From the NCBI GenBank assembly GCA_043228905.1, contig JBHGNT010000014.1, forward strand, positions 17,298,001-17,362,000: a stretch of 64,000 nucleotides of DNA. Direction: 5' to 3'. Within the stretch, counting starts at the first letter, position 1. Each line of letters begins with the position of its first letter. Shown piece by piece: positions 50,810 through 60,264 of this stretch. Below the pieces are notes generated by a model that worked only from the letters and a program-made list of their open reading frames with translations, was not told the DNA's origin and ran no database searches. Source of the stretch: Azolla caroliniana. Lineage: Eukaryota; Plantae; Polypodiophyta. A program made the position numbers and the translations under genes.

Positions 50810-53800
50810 TGTTAAACACGGTGCTCAGCCACAACCGAGGAATAGGATCAACTCACAGAAAACAGGAAATAGAAGATGCACGAAGACAATAGAGAAGAGA
50901 GTACACAGGATGTTTTACGTGGAAAACCCTAAATCGGAAAAACCACGGGAGTCCTCAGACTCCAACTATCACACTAAACAGAGATGTACAATGGTGAGGC
51001 TACAAGGCAACAACCTTGAGCTCACTGTCTTCGCCACAGGCGGCGGTAAACACAGAGGCTACGACCTCTTCGTCTCTCTCTCTCACTCGGCTGCTCTCTT
51101 CACTCTTGCACACATGAGAGTGGCAATACACAATAGGCAACAACATACAGCAACAACAACAAACAGTTTGCCCTAAGTCATATTTATACACATATGACTT
51201 TCGGGCTATTTACAAATATAGCCTCAAGGGCCCTTGGCAAACATATTCACAAATATGTCCCCGCATCCGGATCTCTCTCCGGGTACATTCGTCATCCGGC
51301 TCCGTAGCCGGGGTCTTCATCATCCGGATCCGGAACCGGGACTTCATCATCCGACTCCGGAACCGGGTCTTCATCATCCGACTCCGGAACCGGGTCTTCA
51401 TCATCCGGCTCCGACACCGGGTACTCCTCATTCGGGTCTTCATTCCCGATTCCCGGACATCCGACCATCCCATCCGGAGGGACGGTAATCCCAACAAACT
51501 CCCCCTTCACTTCGGCATGGGATGTCTTTCCAGTCCGACCCTCTTCCGGCACGCTTCCAGCTTGTCGGGTGTGAGCACTTTGGTCAGCATATCTGACCCG
51601 TTCTCGTCCGGTGGATCTTCGTCAACATGAACTCCTTGTCTTCTATCCTTTCCCGGATCCAGTGATATCTTCGCTGGATGTGCTTCGTCCGGGAGTGATA
51701 GGCCGCGTTCTTCGCAAGGTGGATGGCACTCTGACTGTCGCAGTAGAGTCGGTACTCCTCCTGCCGGATACCGAGCTCTCTAATGAAGTCCTTCATCCAT
51801 ATTATTTCCTTGCCGGCTTCAACAGCCGCCATGTACTCCGCCTCCGTGGTTGACAACGCAACCGTCTTCTGCAGCCTCGACTGCCACGAAACAGCTCCCC
51901 CTGCATACGTCATCACATACCCAGATGTAGACCGGCTGGTATCCGCATCAGCCGACATGTCCGAATCGGTAAGTCCATCGAGTTCGGGCTTACCGGAGCC
52001 GAATCGGAGGCACATGTTCGAAGTGCCCTTTAAATATCGGAGTATCCATTTGACCGCGTTCTAGTGCTCTTTACCGGGATTGCTCATGTACCGGCTCACC
52101 ACTCCGACTGCATATCCTATGTCCGGTCTTGTACACACCATTGTGTACATCAAGCTTCCGACGGCAGAGGCATATGGTACTTTCATCATGTCCTCCTTCT
52201 CAGCCTTTGTCTTGGGGCTTTGCTTGCTGGACAACTTGCAGTTTGCCGGGAGGGTTGACCCGACCGGTCTTGCTTCCGACATGTTGAACCGGTGAAGCAC
52301 CTTTGTCACGTACTTCTCCTGTGACAGCCACAACTGCTTCTTCTTCCGGTCCCGGATGATGTGCATCCCTAATATTTGCCTCGCCGGACCCAAGTCCTTC
52401 ATTGAGAAGGTTCGGTGAAGAGCCTTCTTCAGCATCCGTATCTTGACCTGGTCCCGTCCGACGATCAACATGTCGTCCACGTACAGGAGGAGTATTAGAA
52501 AGTCTCCTCCTTCGAACTTCTTTACAAATACGCAGTGATCAGCCTGCGTTTTGTGGTACCCTTCATCGGTCATGAAAGAGTCGAACTTCCGGTACCATTG
52601 CCGGGGAGCCTGGTTCAGACCGTAAAGGCTCTTCTTCAACCGGCATACCAGGTGCTCCTTCCGTTTCTTCTCGAATCCTTCCGGTTGCTGCATGTAGATC
52701 TCTTCTTCGAGGTCACCGTGAAGGAATGCCGTCTTCACGTCCATTTGTTCTACCTCGAGGTCCATGCTTGCCGCTATGCTCAGCACCGTCCGGATGGAGG
52801 TCATCTTCACTACCGGGGCAAATATCTCGTCGAAGTCGACGCCCTTCTTCTGCTGGAACCCCTTCACCACGATCCTGGCTTTGTATCTCGGGGGGTTGCC
52901 GACATCTCCCGGTTTCAGCTTGAACACCCACTTGTTTCGAAGTGCCCGTTTTCCTTTCGGCAACTCCACAAGTTCATATGTGTGGTTCTCATGCAGGGAA
53001 TCCATCTCCTCCTGCATGGCACTTAACCACCTGCGGCTATGGGTGTCAAGCTTTGCTTCTTCAAAACTCTCCGGCTCCCCTTCGTCGGTTAGCAGCACGT
53101 GCTCTGGTTCCGGAAATCTCCGGGGGGCCCTTCTCTCTCTTAGAGGATATCTCCGTTCCGGAGCTTCGGTAACCGGCTCCTCCGTTTCCTCTTCATCCGA
53201 ATCCATTTCGGGATCAGGGCCGGTTCCGGTATTAGTTTCATCTTCCTCGGCCGGTTTTGTTTCTTCACCGTCTTCGGCCGGATCCTCGAGTGCTAACCGG
53301 TCCCTTGCCGGTCGGGACTGCTCCTCGTAGAGTTGATTCTCACCGGTCGACTTGGAGCTCTTCATCTTCTTCTCCGACTCCCAGTCGGCAAGTGTCTCGT
53401 CCTCCATGAAGATGATATCTTGACTCCTGAATATCTTCTTGTCGACCGGGTCCCATACTCGGTAGCCGAACTCGTCGTCGCCGTAACCAAGGAATATGCA
53501 TGGCCGGGTCTTTGGATCTAACTTTCCTCTCCGGTCCTTTGCCACATGCACGTATGCGAGACACCCGAACACCTTCAGATGCCGGTAGGACACTTCCTTA
53601 CCGGTCCACACTCTCTGTGGCGTGTCTCCATCCAGGGGTACTGAGGGTGATCTATTTATCACATATGTCGCCGTCGACATTGCCTCAACCCAAAATCCCT
53701 TGGGTAATTTCGCATGTGCTAGCATACTCCGGACCCTCTCCATGATGGTCCGGTTCATCCTCTCGGCCAGCCCGTTCAGTTCCGGCGTCTTCGGCACAGT

Positions 53801-56270
53801 AAACTCGAGCCGGATTCCCATCGAACGGCAATACTCCTCAAATTGCCCTCGGTATTCTCCTCCGTTATCCGCTCGTAGTGCTTTCAGCTTCTTGCCGGAT
53901 TCTCTTTCCACTCTCGCGTGGAGTTCTTTGAAGACGGACAATACTTGGTCCTTTGTCTTCAACGGTGCTGTCCACAGCTTCCGGCTATGGTCATCTATGA
54001 ATGTTACGAAGTACTGGGCTCCGCCATGTGACTTCGTTTCTACCTGACACACATCAGTGTGTACCAACTCCAATGGTACACTACGTCTCATCGGTGGTCT
54101 TGAGCGGAAGGAGGTCCGGTTTTGCTTACCGACCAGACAGTCGGTACACTTCCCCAGGTGTACGTGCTTTACCGGTATCAGGTTGTCTTCGGCAAGCCTC
54201 TTCATCCCCTTCTCGCTCATGTGGCACAGTCTCTTGTGCCACAGCTCACCGGCAGTGTCAGCTGCCACGTTCAGCTCCTCCGGACATAGCCGGGAATTCA
54301 TCAGGTACAGTGTGTTGACCTTCCGGGCCCGAGCCACTATCAGGCTCCCTTTGCTGAACTTCATGACACCGTTCCGGATGCTACCCGTGTAGCCTTCATC
54401 GTCTAGCCTCCCAGCCGAAATCAGGTTCAATCGAACCTCCGGAACGTGTCGGACATCCTTCAGCAGCATCTTGCATCCGGTTGATGTCATCAGCCACACG
54501 TCTCCTATGCCGGCAATCCGGCATGTACCTTCATTTCCCATCCGAACACAACCGTGCTCACCGGCTGTGTAGGATGAGAAGTATTTCTTCTCCGGGTTCA
54601 GGTGGAACGACGCTCCGGAATCGACCACCCAGGTCATCTCTTCACCGGCAAGGTTCAGATCCCTCTCTTCGGTAATGAGCATTATCTCTTCTTCACTTGC
54701 CGCGAGTGCCGTCGTTCCTCTCCGGTCCTGCCCTCGCCGATCCGGACCTCTCCGGTCCGTGGCTCCCCGGTATGCACCGTTTCGCTCCGATGACTTCTTC
54801 GAATCGGTACTGTCGGTTCCGTTGTCTTTCCGGAAATGCCGACAGTTCTTCTGGAAGTGCCCCGGCTTCCCACAGTAGAAGCATGTAGGTCTTCCCCTCG
54901 ACTGCGACCGTGTCCCCGACTTCTCCCGTCTTTGCGGACTCCGGTTCCGTTGTCTTCCCCGTTCCGATTCGGTAAGCAGCGCCTTCGAGTCGGAGGCCGG
55001 TTCTTTATCTCTCCGACGCGCTTCTTCATTTAGAATTCTTGTCTTTACCGTTAGTAAGGACAAGATCTCTTCCTTACAGGAGGTGCTCAGAGTAACTACC
55101 AAGTTCTCCCAGCTCTCCGGAAGGGTACACATCAGCATGATGGCTTGCATTGCGTCATCCAACGGGAACTTGATCGCCGCAAGCTGGTTCACGAATCCCA
55201 TGAACGTGCTGACGTGTTCGACCATGCTCTCGCCGTCCCGGTACTTAAGATTCACTATCTTCCTCATCAGGGAGGTCCGGGTCAGAGCATTCTTCCTCTC
55301 ATACAGTCCGGACAGCTTCTGCCACATCTCATAGGCGTTCGTATCGTTCGCCACATGTTGCAGAACACTTACATCGACATATTGCCGGATCATCGCTACG
55401 ACTTTCCGGTTCAGGAGCTTCCACTCCGACTCTATTACCCCCTTGGGTATCTCGGCATTGTCGATCGGTTCGTACAGGTCTCGGACGATGAGAAGGTCTT
55501 CCATCTTTATCTTCCAGTCGGCGTAGTTCTGTGAGTTCAACACCATCATGCCCGGAGGCCCACTACCGCCGCCTTCCATTTTCTGTGTGAACCTCGCTCT
55601 GATACCACTTTGTTAAACACGGTGCTCAGCCACAACCGAGGAATAGGATCAACTCACAGAAAACAGGAAATAGAAGATGCACGAAGACAATAGAGAAGAG
55701 AGTACACAGGATGTTTTACGTGGAAAACCCTAAATGGGAAAAACCACGGGAGTCCTCAGACTCCAACTATCACACTAAACAGAGATGTACAATGGTGAGG
55801 CTACAAGGCAACAACCTGGAGCTCACTGTCTTCGCCACAGGCGGCGGTAATACACAGAGGCTACGACCTCTTCGTCTCTCTCTCTCACTCGGCTGCTCTC
55901 TTCACTCTTGCACACATGAGAGTGGCAATACACAATAGGCAACAACATACAGCAACAACAACAAACAGTTTGCCCTAAGTCATATTTATACACATATGAC
56001 TTTCGGGCTATTTACAAATATAGCCTCAAGGGCCCTTGGCAAACATATTCACAAATATGTCCCCGCATCCGGATCTCTCTCCGGGTACATTCGTCATCCG
56101 GCTCCGTAGCCGGGGTCTTCATCATCCGGATCCGGAACCGGGTCTTCATCATCCGACTCCGGAACCGGGTCTTCATCATCCGACTCCACACCGGGTACTC
56201 CTCATTCGGGTCTTCATTCCCGATTCCCGGACATCCGACCATCCCATCCGGAGGGACCGTAATCCCAACA
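50810..56270 (-). mobile_element. Copia-C: young, nearly intact Tnt1/Tork-like Ty1/copia element
   Basis: 5' LTR 55611-56270 and 3' LTR 50810-51496. Perfect TSD gctta (50805-50809, 56271-56275). PBS TGGTATCAGAGC on the minus strand at 55596-55607. PPT at 51497-51507. Confidence 0.97.
51507..55579 (-). CDS. Copia-C Gag-Pol polyprotein: 1172-aa ORF, one premature stop at 52061, RNase H continuing, 1-bp deletion near 51610
   Basis: Gag, CFYCGKPGHFQKNC, WVVDSGASFH, integrase HHCC/DDE, RT LLLYVDDMLI and RNase H LTDSDMSAD...SRTKHIQRRYHWIRE. Confidence 0.93.
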
Positions 56271-56811
56271 GCTTAGCTCAAGAGGAGGTGAGAAAGAATA
56301 AGACAATAACGTAGAATAGACGGGCAAGATGCTCAACAAGTTAGCTTAAGGAAACACAAACGCTGTCGCGAAGATTCACGCGTGCGTGTGGTACTCGAGC
56401 GTCCACCGGGGTCTTGGACTGGGGAGGACGTTCGCGGAATTATCAAAGAGATGACGATCAATGTAAGATTAGATGAAATTGGTTTACTTGAGAAGAAGAA
56501 AGATTGTACAGTTGAGAAGTAGAAAAATAAGAAGAAGATAAAGACAAATATAATTATATTGATGATAATGGTGTTGGTGATATCACATATTGAGCCCCTC
56601 TTACACAAGCCCAACTAGAGGCTTTTATAGGTCTTTCCATGCTCGTGACATGCACATAACCATGGGCTAAAACCATGGTTTTGTGCACACGGTTTTGCTT
56701 ATGTCATGCACAAACCATGGGTTTAAAACCATGGTTTTGTGCACATGGTTTTCTATGGTTGTTTCGTCTATAATTTGTATATGAAAAGGAAATACATAAA
56801 ATCTACACTAT

Positions 56812-56885
56812 ATGATAGTTGTCCTAGTGGTAAGGCAATTATCTTGTATCTTAGAGGTGCAAGGTTCAATCCTTGCTTGCACCCC
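56812..56885 (+). other. Degenerate tRNA-like/SINE-head module in the LTR (identical copy at 59687-59760)
   Basis: A-box/D-loop-like tgtcctagtggtaagg. T-arm-like hairpin gcaagg-ttcaat-ccttgc contains B-box-like ggttcaatcc at tRNA-like spacing. Acceptor and anticodon stems do not pair well. Confidence 0.55.
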
Positions 56886-57350
56886 TCTGTATGAACTCAA
56901 GTGCCACTAGGCCTTAGGAGGCTTATTTGCTAAGTGTATGTGCAATGTTGCACATCCTTGGTTTATTCGTCTCACTCGGTTTCACACCGTAGCCGAAAAT
57001 CGTCACGACATCCACCCCCACCAAACCTGCACATCCTCCGGTATGTGCCGAGAAAGGTGAAGAGGTGAGATCTTTGGCAACGGTGATCAACTGAGTTCCT
57101 CTGCACGCTCGTCTGACTTCGTCTTCCACTTCGTGTATGCGCAATCTTTCCAACCGAACCACCGTAGCCACCCGATCCACCATATCCGGCGCTCACACCT
57201 TCTTCCCGGATCGGTTGTAGTAGATCTACCGAACGATGTCGTCGATACGACCACTCTTCCTTCGTCCACCGCGCTTGTCCTTCGATTGGGTTCCTAGCCA
57301 CTCGTCGCGCTCACCGTCTTCAACCGGGTGTTGTGGATTGTTCGTGTCCA

Positions 57351-59198
57351 TCATCGATTATGCCAGGTTTGCCCTTCTCCGGATTGGTCTCCGCCGATCG
57401 CTTCTTGGCTCGGTTGGCCTTCGTCTACATTTGCATTTCCCCGAATCGGGCTCGACCGATTGATTCTGGCTGGGTCGACCCCCTTTTGGATTGGAATCGT
57501 TCGATCAATTTTCGCCGAATCAGGTTTCAGCCGGGTCGGCCCCGGTCGATCGGCTCCCATGTGGATCTTCCTTTGTTCGGGCCGGAATCTCGGCCGGATC
57601 GTCTTCCTGTTCGACCGGTTCTCGACTCTTCCTTCCTTCCCGCATGCAACCTCTCCATCGAACTCAACCGCGGCTTCATCCTTGGCCTGCTCGTCGGCCA
57701 TATCCTTCCCTCCGTGTATGCTCGCCGCGAGCCATATTGTCTCCTCTTCGCCACCTCCTTTATCTTCGGTCTTATGCCGACACACGGTCTCGACTGCCGA
57801 AGTCTCCGGAACCGGTGTGAAGGAATCCCTTCGCTCATGCACATTTACCTTGTCTTCTTCATCTCCCTTCCGATCGTCCTCTTTTTTGTCCACACATTCC
57901 GTCTTTTCAGTCTCATGTTGGCGCACGTGCACAACCGCCGAAGTCTCTAGAATAGGTGTGGGGATATCCTTTCTTCCTCGATCTTCTTCCTCCTTGTGTT
58001 GGGCCTTCGTCTTCCCGTCACCACCTTCCATCTCTCCGGTCTCACGTTGGCACATGGGCGCAACCGCCGAAGTCTCTGGAACAAGCGTGAAGAAAGTGTC
58101 GACATGGCTATCCGTCGTCGACTCATCCATAGCCACCTCCGACTCGATGTCGTTTGTCATGGCTACCTCCTCAATCACGTCGGACTCAAACACTTTATCT
58201 CCCTCGATCATGCAAGATTTTCTAATGCTTGTGCCTTCATCACCCGATGTTTCGTACACAATGCCTGTTCCGAAACATTTATCCTCCCTCGAAGTGGCGT
58301 TCGCCGTCCTCGAGTCATCGGCCTCCTCCTTCGCCGTCGTTTCTTTGTAAGACAAGAAGGTGACTTGTTTCACACCTTCTCTCTCGGTACCGTCATACCG
58401 AACCAGAGCCTTTGTATCGGCCACTTCATTAACCCGCATTTGTTGGGAGGTCTCTTCTTCCTCGATCACCATTCGCCTCGGTTTTGTCTCCCTTTTAAGC
58501 TTCATTTCTTTTGTTGGTGGTGCGTTGTTGCATCTCGTCCCTCTTCGATCGTCCCTCATGGGCCGTCTTGTTGTCGTCGATATTCTCGCTTGCCCCTTAT
58601 CGTGTAGTCGGCATACACTTTCCACTTTGCTCCAATCCTCGATGAGGCCATTTGCACCATCATCTTCTTCGAGTTTGAGGCCGATCGCCATCCTTTCCAT
58701 TCGATCGATTGACTTCACGAACATAAGGACCTTATCGACCCCCACCAATCTTTGTTCCCGCTCCGACAATTGAGAAAAATGATGCTCGAAGTCTACGAAT
58801 GCTTGTGTCGCACCTTGGTGGGTCTTCGCTGATGTCACCCATTGGTCGAAGTTGCGTCGATCTCGTCCCTTCAGTCTCTCATAGCCATATTCCTCCAATA
58901 GAGCCTTCTCGAAAGTCGCCCACGAATCATGAGCTTCTAGAAGCTCTTTTACATCTTTGAAGATCGGTTGAGACACCACCCGACAAAAGTACTCTAGCCT
59001 CATAGCTTTGTCCACACCTCTTGAATCCATCTCCGCATTGTAGACTTTTAGGAAACTTTGGACTTCGGCGCCGTTGAAATAGCTCATTTGTTCGACTATC
59101 TTGTCGACGGCTTGTTGGGCTTCATTTCTTCTTTTCCCTTCTCTCAGAAACTCCATCATCCTTCTTGACATTGCCTCCATGAGATATTCGCCATCCAT
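57351..59198 (-). CDS. gag: Intact 615-aa Gag-like protein with an acidic repetitive C-terminal half and no zinc knuckle
   Basis: The N-terminal ~210 aa align by eye with Gypsy-B Gag (FNGAEVQSFLKVYNAEM vs FSGKDTTSYLASYRAKM; KVLMFVKSID vs RVLLFVKSVD). Three TPVPETSAV-type repeats follow. Confidence 0.85.
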   Translation of the reverse strand: MDGEYLMEAMSRRMMEFLREGKRRNEAQQAVDKIVEQMSYFNGAEVQSFLKVYNAEMDSRGVDKAMRLEYFCRVVSQPIFKDVKELLEAHDSWATFEKALLEEYGYERLKGRDRRNFDQWVTSAKTHQGATQAFVDFEHHFSQLSEREQRLVGVDKVLMFVKSIDRMERMAIGLKLEEDDGANGLIEDWSKVESVCRLHDKGQARISTTTRRPMRDDRRGTRCNNAPPTKEMKLKRETKPRRMVIEEEETSQQMRVNEVADTKALVRYDGTEREGVKQVTFLSYKETTAKEEADDSRTANATSREDKCFGTGIVYETSGDEGTSIRKSCMIEGDKVFESDVIEEVAMTNDIESEVAMDESTTDSHVDTFFTLVPETSAVAPMCQRETGEMEGGDGKTKAQHKEEEDRGRKDIPTPILETSAVVHVRQHETEKTECVDKKEDDRKGDEEDKVNVHERRDSFTPVPETSAVETVCRHKTEDKGGGEEETIWLAASIHGGKDMADEQAKDEAAVEFDGEVACGKEGRVENRSNRKTIRPRFRPEQRKIHMGADRPGPTRLKPDSAKIDRTIPIQKGVDPARINRSSPIRGNANVDEGQPSQEAIGGDQSGEGQTWHNR

Positions 59199-59809
59199 CT
59201 TCGTCCTCCCCTGCTGCTCTTCACGTCGGGTTCACCAAATGATGTCGCGAAGATTCGCGCGTGCGAGTGCTACTCGAGCGACCACCGGGGTCTTGGACTG
59301 GGGAGGACGTTCGCGGAATTATCAAAGAGATGACGATCAATGTAAGATTAGATGAAATTGGTTTACTTGAGAAGAAGAAAGATTGTACAGTTGAGAAGTA
59401 GAAAAATAAGAAGAAGATAAAGACAAATATAATTATATTGATGATAATGGTGTTGGTGATATCACATATTGAGCCCCCCTTACACAAGCCCAACTAGAGG
59501 CTTTTATAGGTCTTTCCATGCTCGTGACATGCACATAACCATGGGCTAAAACCATGGTTTTGTGCACACGGTTTTGCTTATGTCATGCACAAACCATGGG
59601 TTTAAAACCATGGTTTTGTGCACATGGTTTTCTGTGGTTCGTCTATAATTTGTATATGAAAAGGAAATACATAAAATCTACACTATATGATAGTTGTCCT
59701 AGTGGTAAGGCAATTATCTTGTATCTTAGAGGTGCAAGGTTCAATCCTTGCTTGCACCCCTCTGTATGAACTCAAGTGCCACTAGGCCTTAGGAGGCTTA
59801 TTTGCTAAG

Positions 59810-60264
59810 TGTTGAACACAGTGCTCGGCCACAACCGAGGAATAGGATCAACTCACAGAAAATAGGAAATACAAAATGCTCGAAGACAATAGAGAGAAGA
59901 GTACACAGGATGTTTTACGTGGAAAACCCTAAATGGGAAAAAACCACGGGAGTCCTCAAACTCCAACTATCACTATAAACAGAGATGTACAATGGTGAAG
60001 CTACAAGGCAACAACCTTGAGCTCACTGTCTTCGCCACAGGCGGCGGTAATACACAGAGGCGTCGACCTCTTCCTTTCTCTCTCTCTCTCTCTCTCTCGG
60101 CTGCTCTCTTCACTTAGCTCCCTCTAAGTGGAAAACAGAAAATGAGCAACAACAACCTCATAAAACTGTTTGCCCTAAGTCATATTTATACACATATGAC
60201 TTTCGGGCTATTTACAAATATAGTCTCCGCATCCGGATCTCTCTCCGGGTACTTCGTCATCCGG
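59810..60264 (-). mobile_element. Copia-G: partial LTR of the Copia-C family, interrupted by Copia-E
   Basis: Starts tgttgaacacagtgctcggccacaaccgagg, highly similar to 50810. It breaks off in the first 27-bp repeat unit at 60264. Confidence 0.88.

Larger units (their letters stand above)
50711..56363 (-). mobile_element. LTR-D: terminal part of an LTR related to Gypsy-B, present as pieces 50711-50809 and 56271-56363
   Basis: Reverse complement of 50711-50735 (cacgcacacgcgtaataacgcgaca) matches the Gypsy-B LTR end (cacgcacgcgcgtagtaacgcgaca). It is interrupted by Copia-C and then by the Gag-only element. Confidence 0.75.
56364..59809 (-). mobile_element. Gag-only non-autonomous Gypsy derivative (TR-GAG-like) of the Trp-primed family
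   Basis: 3' LTR 56364-57010. 5' LTR 59243-59809 is interrupted by a Copia LTR. tRNA-Trp PBS on the minus strand at 59220-59237. PPT at 57011-57022. It has a single gag-like ORF and no pol. Confidence 0.9.

Noticed and set aside
56812-56885. Functional tRNA gene
   Set aside because: The acceptor and anticodon stems do not pair and the T-loop is one base short. It is kept only as a tRNA-like module.
57328-58607. Long plus-strand ORFs antisense to the gag-like ORF (and similar shadow ORFs across 37-42 kb and 52-55 kb)
   Set aside because: These are expected shadow ORFs of GC-rich coding sequence and show no recognisable domains.
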